Below are positions 27,701 through 59,635 of a stretch of 64,000 bases of DNA, piece by piece; positions within the stretch are counted from its first letter, which is position 1; each line of letters begins with the position of its first letter. This stretch comes from Hormiphora californensis (lineage: Eukaryota; Animalia; Ctenophora). The notes under the pieces were generated by a model. The model was not told the origin of the DNA. It did no database searches and worked only from the letters and a program-made list of their open reading frames with translations. Position numbers and translations under genes: made by a program. The stretch covers positions 1,488,001 through 1,552,000 of the forward strand of contig CM035355.1 in NCBI GenBank assembly GCA_020137815.1, given 5' to 3'.

Positions 27701-29967
27701 CATCTCAATAATGTGTCTCCGTCACTCTATAGACCACATGACTCTCCAAGACAGGGGGGTGGTTATCAATACCTGTACTGATCATGTAGCAGCCCTGGCC
27801 AGAACTGTCCAGGAGAAAGCTAGCAGAGTTCTATCTGGGGAGGAGGGAGGGTCTGCTGTTAGTGTTATCAAACCAATGACTCGACTACTAGCTAACTCTC
27901 TTGAGATAGTGCACTTTGTTAAGGAGAAGATGGAGGGAGAGCAGGATCTGGAAAAAGTGTGTGTGGCTATGTTTGAATTCATCGCATATCATGTCGCCAA
28001 GGTATTGGAATATCTAGCATATTGTATTGCAACAATAGTTGCAACATTAGATTATTACTAAACATGGATAGATAAAGTACTGCTGCATATATTTCTCCTG
28101 ACATCTTGTTCTCTCTTCTACAGATGGTATATGAGTTGTTGCCTGGGTTATTAGAGTGCCCCAACCAGCCCCCTATCTCCACCCCCTTCCCCCTCGTCTC
28201 CTCCCTGTGAGGTGGGGGACAACACTAGACGGTGGAGTATGCCTACTGCAGCCCTCTCCCCTGTCCGAGAGGACGCTTTATCAACCCAGAGTAGAAGTGT
28301 GGAGGACTTATCTACATTGTAAGTCTCGTAGATAGTGTCACTTGACAGTCTCGTAGATAATGTCACAGTCTCGTAGACAGTGTCTCGATTTGTATCTACA
28401 CATGGACACTGCTGCAGTAGGTGTTGTTAGACAGTCTGGAATTGTACCAGTCCGTTCCTTATCCCAGTGAAAGAGAAGAAGGGTCGGGAAGATACAAGAT
28501 TAAAACAATTCACAGATCCATATCTTGATTACATTGACACCTGTCTGAGTCCTGAGGTACATATCTACATTCCACAGCTCTAACCCCCTTCTCTCCCTCT
28601 CAGGACTGGAAATGGCGAAGAAAAGAAGTCTCGACAAGATCTGACGTGTGTGGGAGGTGTTGTAAAGCGGCTCGTATCACTTCTCCAGCGTATACACGCT
28701 CTAGGTGTGTGTGTAAACTGTAATTTCTAGTAATTAAACCGTGCGAGTGTGTACAGAGTGTGTGTGACAAGGTCTTGTCTCGTTCAACCCTCTCTCTCTC
28801 TCCCTGCAAGGGTTTGAACAAAACACGTCTCCCCCTGTGTAGTAACAACTTCTCCATTCTAACTCCCCCACCGTTTAGGTAAAGCCAGCAAGCTGAATAG
28901 CGGGATAGTTAAGCAGCTCTTCTCATCAACATTCTTCTTTATAAACATGACGCTTTTCAACACTATTATGGAGTCCCCTGAACAAGTTCTTCTCTTGGGA
29001 AAAAGGTAGAAGCTCCAATCTTGAGAGAGAATCTGCAAGCGCGCACTCCAGCACTCCAGTCAAGATATGAAAGTAGAGTAGCGTCAGCCAACGCGCGCGG
29101 GATTCTAATACAAATGCACTGGATAAGATTTCACAGTGCTGACAAGCGCCCCAGGGGACCGATCCTTCTTCCTCAAACTGACCCCTTCATTCCAGTTTCC
29201 CGACCATGAAAATTCATACGATTCACATCCTTGATATCTCCCATCAGTTTCAGGTGTTCCAGATACATGTGCAGATGGATTACATTTTGAAATGGTCTCA
29301 CCAACTACAACTGTCCAACTCTGCAGTGAATCAGTTCAAGGATCTGAACCAGCTCCTCGACCTATTATCCCTACCAAAACGAGACCTCCTCTCTTCAGAG
29401 TGGACATGCACTTGCCAGGGCGTTCCCAATTCTATCTGCTCAGCAACTCAACCATGTTTTATCGAATTACAGCGTCATATCGAAACCCTTAATTTGGAAA
29501 CCCTCCCCTCCCCTCTCCTTTGTCCCTGAATCCTCCTCTTCAATTCGACTACAACTCACATCCTACCCAGCACTAACAATCCCTCAAAGAGGTTACAGAA
29601 TCGCTACCTCCTCCGATTTACCAGATCCTTATTCGAGGGAACCTATCAAAACTTAGCTCGCTATCTCCAGCTCCACTTCTACTTCTAGTTCTACTTCCAG
29701 AGACAAATATACCCGAAATCTACAAGACATTTCCATCGAAACTAACAACCGATGTTTGGGGCTTAAAACTGAAACTCAGAACTAGTGGAAGTATCATGGT
29801 AACGGAGGTGATACCAGGTTCACCGGCTGCTTCAAGATTCATTCGCTGCCGGGGATGAGATCACATCAATTAATGACACTCCTGTCACCGGGACATCGAT
29901 TAAGTTTTGTAAAAAGTTGATAGAGGAAAGTGTAGGCCAGGTGAAAGTGACTGTTTGTAAAGTTTAA
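24734..29967 (+). CDS. RADIL: Ras-associating and dilute domain protein (RA-FHA-DIL-PDZ; RADIL/afadin family); multi-exon with apparent +1 frameshifts in the 3' exons
   Basis: In-phase exons 24734-24952, 25078-25223, 25377-25518, 25622-25744, 26014-26106, 26303-26406, 26508-26659, 27097-27216, 27345-27460, 27624-28001, then 28123-28318, ~28604-28704, ~28879-29006, ~29254-29967. RA: ILKVFAGTALESTTPNAEYRSVLATVDSTVLEIKKQAIKKY. FHA-like: PFLILIQG..LSVGRFYKFLFRN. Pre-DIL: LLANSLEIVHFV..LLPGLLECP. DIL: QLFSSTFFFINMTLFN..FSWEKG..FPILSAQQLNHVLSNY. C-terminal PDZ: LGLK..IMVTEVIPGSPAA..GDEITSIND..VKVTV, stop 29965-29967. Confidence 0.8.
25761..25825. mobile_element. Miniature Tc1/mariner-type MITE (65 bp)
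   Basis: TA|CAGTCGGACTCCTATTTACCGGG...CCCGGTAAATCGGGGTCCGACTG|TA: CAGT termini and a TA TSD. Confidence 0.8.
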
Positions 29968-30367
29968 ACCGCGGGAACTTTTTTTTATGAAATCTAACCA
30001 AGCTGGTTAGGAATTAGGACATTTCATACTGACTATCTGCATGCAAGTCTAGTTATGATCGCCATGTTTTTTACTGCTTTTATACTTAATTTTAATTCAC
30101 TGGTCACTGGACCCCATTCCCGGAGTCTTGTGTGTGAGTCTCGGAGTTGGAGTCAACTTGGACAGCTAAATTAAGTTAATTAGTAGGTACCTAATTAATT
30201 TAAACTAATACTAATAAAGCTTAGGATGATATTTATGACGAATGATAATAATCAAATCATTATGTGGACTACTACCTTTAACCTTAGATATTACTAATGT
30301 GTAAGAAGAGTTAGACGACTAGTTTTTCTTTACATTTTGATATTTACACTTGAAAGAGAAAGAGACT

Positions 30368-32250
30368 GTCAGGCCAATATGCTCTGATAAGAAAGAGGTA
30401 TAGTTGACTACATCTAATGTATGAGTATGCAATGACTATGATATGTTTACAATATTTCAATTTCGTCCCGTTTCTTAACAAAATGGTTTTCATTTGCAAT
30501 ATGCTCTGACCACAGTTCTCGTGCGCTCCACCTTATATTATTTGAGAGAAATGAGAATAGGGTCAGGCCAATGCTCTGACAGGCAATATGAGTATTATAT
30601 GGAGGAGCCGGTCAGGTATCGTACAGGCTGTCAGTCGACTGAGACTGTGAAGTGTGAGGCTAGGCAGGAGACTGGACGTAATTTGTCAACGGTCTGGTGA
30701 ATGGAGCACAAGAGCAGTGCTCTTCTGCAATCTGCATCATAACAATCAAAACGGGGTCTGTCTGTCAGGCCAATGCTCTGACCACAGTTCTCCCGCGCTC
30801 CGCGTGCAGACTGCAGAACAGAGAGAGAAACGAGAATGGGTCAGGCCAATGCTCTGACAGGGGTCTGTCGGGCGCTGCTAGACCCTATTTCTTATTCTAC
30901 TAGACAGTGCGCTCAGATACTAGACCCGATCTGAGCCTGTATGACGGCGCCATATCCCATTTGATTCGACAGTGTGCTCATATGGGGTCGGATTTGACAT
31001 GTTCCTTGTCTGTCAGCTCTCACACCGGGCCTTTGGCCCGGTGTGAGCTTACGCGAGCCCGAGGCGCTTAAGTGCCGAACAGACAGACTGCGTAGCATGG
31101 CAAGGTCGGATCGCGGCGCCAGACAGATCTGAGCGCACTTCCAATTGCCTGTGAAAACAGGGTCTGCCGCCACCAGTGGCATCACTCCAGACAAATCTTT
31201 TTGGCGCCGCGGACCACATCTGAGCGCACTGTACTGTCGAGTCGCCATTTGATTTTTGACCCAATATGGTGCCGCCATATGAAGTATGAACGTTTGTAGA
31301 CTGGCGCGTTATGAAGTTGGCTGTTCCCAGCGCGAGCTGGGGACAGCCAACTGGAGTTTAATCGCCCGGCAGGGCGATTAAACTGGTTTAAATCCCGACT
31401 CCGATCCCGAGGCGCCAGCCGAGGGTGAGGGGGAGGTGATTTAAACCTATAACGCGATAGGCTAACAAACGTTCATATTTTATGAAACCCGATAGTAATT
31501 ACACACAAATAAGAGACACAACACAAGGTGAAACACACTAGAACTGCTGGTAAATAGTCAACAGATACCCTGAAAATGTGTGTAGACTTAGTGTCTACTG
31601 TTCCTAACATGTTTGAGAAAGAGAGAGAAAGATTAGGGGCAATACACACTGTCACAGGTAATGAACAGTAAAAGAGACAATGAGAGAGAGAAATGAATGG
31701 AATGTGATTCTTTTCACTCCTTATGAGAGAGATAACATTGAAACGTGTTGCAGACATGTTTCCCCTTTCTTTTGTTGACAGAACTGTGTGTTTACACACA
31801 TTTTCAATACTTAGAATTTTACACGCATGTTATTCAAATGAAGAGAAACGCGTGAAAAAGGACACTGGCCTGATAAATCGCAAGCAGGGTGTTAAATCCC
31901 CCAGCTAGCAGTTATCATGAGCGCGCAAAATCTTCAAACGACTGATAAATCAACTATCGGGTTTCATACTATTATATTAGTATGGCGGCGCCAGACCCCA
32001 TACAGTCCATTCCGATCTGATGCCGCACGTCACGTGACACTGTCAGTGGTTTGACTCAGACTACCCGTACCACACTGTGGTCCACAGCTTCCAACTGCTG
32101 CCTATAATTCAATGGACTAGATCTTTACCCCATGTGGACCTGTTCACTTTGAGGATGTCTGATTGTCTGGCGTTTTGAATCGAAACCCGGGGTCTGTGCG
32201 TTGCCAGACCTGTCAGAGCATTGGCCAGGGCCTGACCATATTCTCATTTC
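30368..32250. mobile_element. Composite non-autonomous DNA-transposon cluster with repeated termini GTCAGGCCAATGCTCTGAC
   Basis: Motif at ~30368, 30562, 30765, 30840 and inverted at ~32210; contains a hairpin-rich segment at 31315-31450. Confidence 0.6.
31474..31978. mobile_element. MITE nested in the 30.4-32.2 kb cluster
   Basis: Inverted termini TATGAAACCCGATAGT / ACTATCGGGTTTCATA. Confidence 0.7.
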
Positions 32251-32653
32251 TTTCGCGTGAATATGATGTTCCCGACCATCCTTCAATATCATTCACTGGG
32301 CATTGAAGGAGGTATAAGGGCGCACCCGCCCTCGAACACATTCATTGAATGAATCATTCTCGTAGATCTAGTCCATTAATAACAGTTCAAAATGAAACGC
32401 AGTTAATTTTCGATGTCGATATATATTGTGTTCAACTATATCAATTACAGTTAATCTATTATCTCAAGAACGACTCAAATTTTGGAGAGAGGGACAAAGT
32501 ATACATGATCATGATGATGGTGACTATCCGGTGGTATAATATATGTTGTGACAGTCGCACTTCCAGTTGCAACTATGATTAGCACAATAAATTCAGCGGT
32601 AATAATATCTAAATAATCGCTTTATGAATAACTCTCAAGATCTTACAAAAACT

Positions 32654-32754
<101 letters not shown>

Positions 32755-33370
32755 TGCTCTAAAACTTCGAAAACTTATATATTCAACATAGTAAAGAGCT
32801 TAAATATCAGTCACTACAACCAAAAACACTCGCACTCACAGCATAGCTAAAATAACCTCTAAAATTCGTGTAAATGTATAACTATGATTATACTACCTTC
32901 TGTCTCTAGAAGAACAGATCCAGCACAGCGACATACGTATTCTCTCTTTTCTCCCTCCCTTTTCTCCCTCCCTCTCTCTCTTTTCTCTCTCTCGATCTAT
33001 ATCTATATCTCTAAACTGTTAGAAAAACAACAGTATGAACAGTACAAGGTGTATACCCTACAATTATAATGATGGTGATTTTCCCAATTGATAATTAACC
33101 CAAGGAAACCAAGTGTATTTATAGAGCAGTACTCAGTAGTGTATATAATAGAGAAGGAGCGCTAGAATTAGAATATCTGAAGCTCTTTACAAAAACTATA
33201 TAGATAAAAACCAGAAACTCACGGAACACATGTGCACACAACTGCACACTTTATATAACCGTACGTGTGCACGCGTGGCACAAGACACTAATAAAGAGAG
33301 AGAGTCGTGTCTATCTACATAGTCCCTATCGTGATGATCGCATTGATGATGACGATGATGTTCTCTCTTT

Positions 33371-51792
<18,422 letters not shown>

Positions 51793-54700
51793 TGTTTGAT
51801 CTGAAGCTGATCCCGACAACCGTGTTGTGAGTTCTCTTAATTTTCAATTGATATATCCTCAGAGTGACACGTTTAACTTCTCATTCCATGTACTGCCTAT
51901 ATAAGAGAGAGGTCTGGTTAATGGTTACCATGGTTACAGAACAATCACGCTTAGTAAGTAGTTAATGTGCATGCCAAGAGAGCGCTTTATTTCCTAGCCA
52001 CACAACATAATATATATATCGTATAGAGTAACTAAATAAAAGAGCACTCTTACTACAGAATATATAAAATAACGGAACTGCTGCTTTAATGTCCCGGATA
52101 TATACTTAAGAACAGCTCAACATAATGTAGTACAAGGAAGAGAGATACATTAAACAGAGAGAGATACATTAAACAGAGGCCCACTACTACTGCAGAATGT
52201 ATGGCATTTCAGGAGTAAAATATGCACAGAAAGCTAAAATTAGGAAAGAGCCGACATAATGCGCTAGCCCCGCAAGTTACCGTGTACGTGGCACTATCTA
52301 GATATTTGGATATACATTCCTCTGAACCATGGCCCGTGGGGTAATAACCATGCAAATAACTATAATGCGAAATGTGGGGGAGGAGCACCCCCATTCACAT
52401 ATAAAACAGTAAATTGTATGCGGTTTGAATATATACTTCATAAAATACTTTACTAAAACAAACGACTATTATATATTCCTGTGAATCTGTGATGCGTATT
52501 AGGCCAATACCCCCATGTGTTATAATTTCTATTTAGGTTTGAAACCTCAAGAAGAAAGAGAGAACTAACTGGGCTCTCCATCTAATATCTATCTATCCCA
52601 TTTACTTTCACATTTCTTCAATTATTTTTAATTCACAGAGCTCTTCTTATCCAGAGAGAGAGATGCTCACAGAACGGTAGCTCATCATGCAGCTTTAAAT
52701 ACAGTGCATACTGAGAGAGAGAGAGAGGCTCGGCAAACTGCACAGTGCACTCTCAAGAGGAGAATGGCAATTTGGCCACCCTTTCTCATGTAAAACAACC
52801 TGTGTGACTTGAGGAAAGGCAAGCAGGAGAAAGAGCTGTCTTTTGCTTAAAGATCCTTCATTTTCAAGGCACCAACGCTCCCAATTTACATTTCGGTGCG
52901 TTCATAAAAATGGAGAACACTGAGCTACAAGTTATACCGCAGCTACAACTTATATATTGCTCGAGAGCCGCGTTCGATATATTATCTAGAAACACATGCA
53001 CAGATAAACTAAGTTAAAAGGGGAAAGGAGTGACAAATGTTAGCACCGAGAAGACACGAAGAAAAAAAGGGAAAGTGAGTATCGGAAAGAGAGTTATTGC
53101 AGTATCAACACGTGTATAGGATCAAAGAAGGGGAAATTACCAACACTACAGAAGACAAAACATCTAATTCGTTCTGAATACAGTCTGAGACAGAGGGAAC
53201 AAACCAACTGGGCAGCAGTGAGGGCAGTAATAAACCTTTTCATAGAACGTCCATGCAATTAGAGGCTGCAGCAACAGCTGCAGTAGAAATATAAAACTAG
53301 TTGAAAAACAAAAGGGGAACCTTTTCAAACATCCTAATGTGTTTTATCACACCTTCTAGCGAGACGAACAACAATTAGTGCACCAACCATAACAAGAGGG
53401 AAGAGGTATGGCCAACAAAGAAGGTGGTAGAAAACCATTCATCGGTATAACAAGAGGTTTCGCAAGTTTCAGGGTAGTGTGTAAACTTGCTTACATATAA
53501 TAGTGCAAGTAGCTAACACTGTTATACACACACTGGACACAGTAAAACTCACTGGGCTCAGTTCTATAGGAGATAGAGAGCGGCCCAGGAGGGGAGGGAA
53601 TGAAGGGAAGCGATCCAATTAGCAACACAGCCAATGGTGTTCATTGATCGGGTCACGTGCTTTCACAAGTGAGGAAACCAGATAATCACCGGTGTAAATC
53701 ACACATCTATCTCTCTATCTGTGTGTCATCTCCCTCTCTGACTAGTCTATATCTCTCTCTTCTTCTTCTTTACCTCAATCTCTATCTCTCTCTCCTCCTT
53801 GACTCAGTCACTCACACAAACACATACACGTCACACACTAAAGATCAAAAGCGTTTTGATTATCCAACAATATCTCTTCAAGTTATTCAAATTAAAGCAA
53901 AACAGAGTAAGCATCAGTCATCCCTCAATCATGTTAGCCCGAGCGATATATCACTGTAGTCTGTAGGCCGTAGGGTTCAGATCTGCTCCTTTCAACTCGG
54001 TAGGTATAGAGGCTAACTTTCAATTCAGTCTCGGTAGACAGATAGAAGCCAACTCTAAATGAACTTCAGTTGGTTTCATGTACAGTCAAAAGGGTTGATC
54101 CAGGTCAACAAGCGCCTCACTTGTCACATACAAAATACCATCAGCTCTCAAGTGTGTGAGTGGGCATATATAGATGACACACTCCGATCTAGACTCTCAT
54201 TCCCTTTGCTATATTCAAAGGACCCGACAGATAATGAACAAAACATTGCGGCCTGTGTATCCAGGCAGTGTACAGCAGCTAGTACGTTGAATATATTATT
54301 TCAATTGACCTTCAAAAAGAACAAAATATGCAGTTGTAAAAAGGAAAACAGCAGAAAAAGTTGTGTGTTAGAAAACACAATTATTACGCTACTTGGGAGA
54401 GAATGTGCAAGATGGTCAAGACTCAAGTGTAAGGTGGATCATGATAGCAATGAGAAATTTTTTGAGTAAGGAGATATGAGCGAAGAGACAGGAGAGTCAG
54501 CACTCAGACAGTCATGGTTATACAAATATATAAGAAGAGATGGAGTGAGGAGCAGGTTTAAAATAAAGTCCATGACTCTACTGCTGCACGCATCCCCCTC
54601 TCTGTGTAGCGTGTAGGTGGACAATATTTTAAACCTTTTTATACTTATGATATAGTACGTAGTATTCTATGGAAACGTTTGTACAGATGATTTGATACCC

Positions 54701-55295
54701 CTCTCTATTATATGAGGTCTGCATCTGAGTGTTAATATAAGTGTTAATATCATTAATAATTAATAATTTATCATTAATATTAATGAATGACGAAAGCATC
54801 AACGGTCAGTTATACTCACACACGCACACACAAATACTTTATTGTTTGCTCCGGCCTAAATTTGTGCTAATTTTCATTCTGTTTAACTGCATATACTTCG
54901 AAAGGCAATTTTAGAAGATTGAAGTACAAATCATATTATATTCTCCAGGTCACCGATCTTATAGACACAATCAAATACTGTGTGTAGGCTAAAAATATAC
55001 CACCAATGCAGTAACTTTCAGACGCTTCCTCTCCATCTCTCTCTATCTCTCTTTCTCTCTTTCTCTCTCACTCTCTCAGCTCTCTCTCTCTCTCTCTCTC
55101 AGCTCTCTCCCTCTCTCTCTATCTCTTTCTCTATCCCTCACTCTCTCTTCTCTCCATCCCTCTCTTTGCTTGTGTAATTCTCTCTTCCAACTAACCTTTC
55201 CTTTTCGCCTCTCATTTCTCACACTCGCCTTATTTCTTTCTTCTCACCTGCACATCTTTCTCTATCTCATCTCTAGAGAGAGAGAGATAGCGATA

Positions 55296-55375
<80 letters not shown>

Positions 55376-56273
55376 CTCTATCTGGGTTATTAAAGCGGCA
55401 TAACATCCAGTGCAGGCAACACTCGGCAACCGCCGTCATCCGGGGGACTGGTGCATTAAGACTGAATATCAAGCAGTATTATATCAGACGTTTGGTAGTA
55501 CCCACCTGTTACTTTCTGACCACATTAAACCAAATTTGACGGCGAAGATCCGGTGTATATAATGACCTTCCGGCTTCCCTTTGTGGAATAGGGCCAAAAT
55601 AATCCTGTGAGAATCTTTTCCAAGTTTTTTCATGAAGTGTATGATCACTTTATCAAGACCTGATACCTGGAGGTAACCTCATTTCAACCCTTGGATGAAC
55701 AAGAATATTTGCACCATATCCATAGCGCTGTATTTCCCTGTCATCGGCCATCTGACACCCCTAATATAATCCCCCCCTAATTATATTTACAGATACACAT
55801 CCCATCACCCATGTGAAAGTGAAACGTGAGCCAGAATTAATTAGGCTCCGATTCTATGTGATCTCAACTCATCTCATCTCATACCTAGTTATCAATGGCA
55901 ATAGTTGTGGAGCACAATTCCAATGACGAAGAAATGACCCGAGATTTCTAAACCCTGTATGATATTTTTAGCAAACGTGCTAAAACGATCATCCGAAGGC
56001 ATCCACCCGGGCATGGAACAATTCAGGTTGAATCACCATCATTGTAACTAATGTAGTTTATCAGAAACGGTAAAAACTCAGCTACAAAACCAGCTACAAA
56101 GTCAGGCTGGCTGAGAGCTCACATTTATTATCACGTGATTAATGTAAAGTGATAAAATATGAGCTGTTATATCATAGCACGTACCACGCCTATCTTTACA
56201 TCTTAAACTAATAAAGATGAGAGAGCTAATTTTAGCCAGCCATGTGAAGAGAGATAGTGTAAGAGCGATAAGG

Positions 56274-56426
<153 letters not shown>

Positions 56427-59177
56427 TCGACAGAATAGAGAGACGAGAAGATAGAGATGGGATAAGATGTTGAGAGAATTAGTTTGAAGAAAAAAGGGAC
56501 ATAATTAATAAACTGTTTTAGATGTATTTTAGATATCCTTACTTAATCTTTGTTATTTCCTCTTTATATAACTTCTGTTAGTAGTTTTTGTATTTAAATA
56601 CCTCCTCGTCAAGCAACACTTTTAGATCCACAAAATATCGGAAACCTTCTAGAAACGTGCTCGCTGCTCCAATTTAGACTTTTCTCCTTGCTTTATAAAC
56701 CCAGTAATTTTCAATAACCCAAATTTATACACCATAATAACACATATAGAAGGGTACTTATTCGATATGTGAATCAGGGTCACGATCATTTCGATTGGCT
56801 TCTGCAGACTTGTGACCTATAAGAGCTGAGTCCATTGGTCGAGAGGCGCTCTAGGAAATGCGCTTAGTAATTGATAATAGAGAAGTGAGAACTAGATAGA
56901 GTCGAGAAAGAAAGAAAGAGAGAGAGGAAGAGAGGAATATAGAGAGAGAATGCGTGTGAGGGAGAGAGCGTGAGATGAAGGAAGGTTCACAGGATGCAAG
57001 AGCAATAAAGTGCGAATGAGAGTACACAATTCAACATATGTGCAATGGATCTCATATTGAGGACATTGAATACAAAATCTATACATGTTGATATTGTTGA
57101 TATTGTATTCAACAGCAAAATGTTATGATTATTTCTAATACTTAAACTAAAATCATATTATTGTGCATGTATTGTATGAGATCAAAATACAAAAGGCTTC
57201 TCTCAAAAACATTTCAAATTAGGGGGGCTTTGATAAACCCAAATAATTCGGAGTTATCCGGGCTTGATGGCCAGAGTTATTATGAAAACACTTTTGTGTC
57301 AATTTAACTAGTATTTTAAAATTCGGAAACTTCAACTGGATTCAGTCAGACGTATAATAGCAGATTTGTTACAAAGTGACCGAGGTATCACAGCACAGGA
57401 GGGAATGACAGAAAGAGATAGGGAGAGAGGGAGATAGAAAGAGAGTGAGAGAGAGTCTGGTGAGTGAGTGTGAAGCAGAGAGAAATATATTCCAATTTAG
57501 AGTGTTGTTAGAACTGGGTGATGAGTGACAGACCGTCTGGGCAAAGCGAAGTTCGTCTATAGTCACATGTGTTTTTCAATCTACCGTGCATTTCACACTT
57601 CACTAAACAGTTCTCTTTGTTAAAAGGGTGTGTTAACTACCAACCAACATCAGAACATCAGAAGTCAGAACATTTGGAGTCTCCCACGGACCACCATACA
57701 TTTCAGCTGCAAGTAGTCTGACTGTTAATTAACGCCCTAAGAAATATAGGGGAAATATAATGCATATAGAGACAAAAATAATGAGCTGCAAACAAATAAT
57801 GAGTTGCAAACAAATAACCAGACTCACTTCTGTCTTTGATTGATATCCAAGTTAGCCCTAAATAGCACTAATACATAGTTATAAAAACGGGGTTCACATT
57901 TCTACAGCTTCAGAAAGCGGAAAACAGTGCAGATTTTAACGTAATTTTATAAGTGTATATATTGAATAAAATGATAGCTATACAGCGCTAATCCACCTTC
58001 TTTATCCAGCACATTTCTCCAATACTCTCTCCCTCTCGCATGTTATCAAGATGTAGTTGTATCTGTTTCATTATTCCGGAATTATCTCCTTCCTGATCTT
58101 GTCTCGGATAAACAGAGCCAATGAGACACACACAGTAAGAATGATGGTAGATAAGCTCACTAAATGGATGGTAATTGGTAGGAAAATTAAGCGTTAATGG
58201 AATGGTGTATTTCCTTAAAAGCAACTTCAAAAATTCCGGTCGATTTCATCAAACTGGGTGTACTGTTAAGGAAAGTACAGCTATTTAACTGGTTTATATC
58301 ACGACCTCCCGTTGCTTAAAGATCACAGTCACGTACAAAAACCCTGCTAATTACACAAACCAGTAAAATAGAAAAGCGAGAGGGAATGAGAAAATCCCAG
58401 CTTTGAAAGTTTGCCCTGACATTGTCCCCAATATCCATCAACGAAGCATTCAGAAAGATGTCGCGACTACATGCACAAATAGCAAGGAATCAGTCCTTCG
58501 ACCACCGACCATGGATACATTGAAGAGTGAAGTCCTCAGCCAGAAACGGCTCAAGCCCAGATTTCCGCAATGATTCGCAAATGGAAAATAACCGCTAATA
58601 CCTAGGCTTATGCTTACGGACTGTAGAATACGCGACAAAATGACGAGTAATGGGCATTGGGCAAATCTTTTTTACCTCAACGATCCGAATTCAACATTAT
58701 TCCTTTGGGCCATTGTGTGTCTTGTGATGTTTAATTAACTTACGTTATGTGTTGGATAAAATGTTGATAAATCTCTCTATTTTCATTAGAGTTAACTCGC
58801 TTTAAGCGCAAAACGTCCAAAGAGTCAACTATCTAGCCATGGAACTATTGGAATACGGTTTTCCTGCAAAATCTGGGTCCCCTTTCCATTTCTGCGGCCA
58901 AAAAGACGCCAAAATTCACTGTGTATAACTGGAGTATGTATTTTCGGCGGCTTAAGTTCCTTGCGCGAGAGGTAGTGATCAAACCTAGTCCCTAAATAGA
59001 CAAAAATTGAGCGTGATTTGAGAGGAAAACGTTAAAATCTGGGTGCCTTCCATTGCTAACAATTCATCGATTTTGGCGGTCGAGACGGGTTAGGGCTGTT
59101 GTTAGGGTCTGGTTAGGGTTTTGTTTGGGGTTATCGGTTAGGGCTATCGATTCTCTATCAGATACCGTTTAGTTTAC

Positions 59178-59447
59178 TCAAATCGGCCATGTGGTTGCGT
59201 GGCTATAGCCGTTTGAAAAAAGTCGGTCTAGGAAATAAAAGTGTACTCTTTTTGGTAGCGCGCACCTGTAAACTCGCTGCAAGGCACCCAGATTATAAGG
59301 TGAAAGCGAAACAACAACGAACTGGCTGCGCGTCGCGCATTCGTTGCACATAACGATCTCACCGGAGAGATTCACATGCGCAACGTTGTGGGACGCGCAG
59401 CCAGTTCGTTGTTGTTTCGCTTACACTTTAATCGCGCCCGATTTGAG
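59178..59447. repeat. Inverted-repeat (hairpin/MITE-like) element
   Basis: AAGCGAAACAACAACGAACTGGCTGCGCGTC (~59304) is inverted at ~59391-59422; CTCAAATCGG/CCGATTTGAG outer ends. Confidence 0.6.
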
Positions 59448-59635
59448 ATTTGAGATTTTTTGAATTTTGAGACAAAAATTTTTGGCATCGAAATATTTTT
59501 TTCCACATCACGCGCGCGCAGTCAACCACGCGCGGCGCGCAATACCAAATAAATTCGCGCAATACATACATTTACAGCACAAAATTCACCGCCGCATCTT
59601 AAAAAAACAAAGAGAGACAAATAAAGAAGCAAAGA

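Noticed and set aside
30368-30862. Interspersed repeats with spacers superficially like a CRISPR array
   Set aside because: Irregular spacing, eukaryotic context, no cas genes; an inverted copy shows they are transposon termini.
59085-59146. Scattered TTAGGG motifs
   Set aside because: Only about four non-tandem copies inside a repeat-like region; not a telomeric array.
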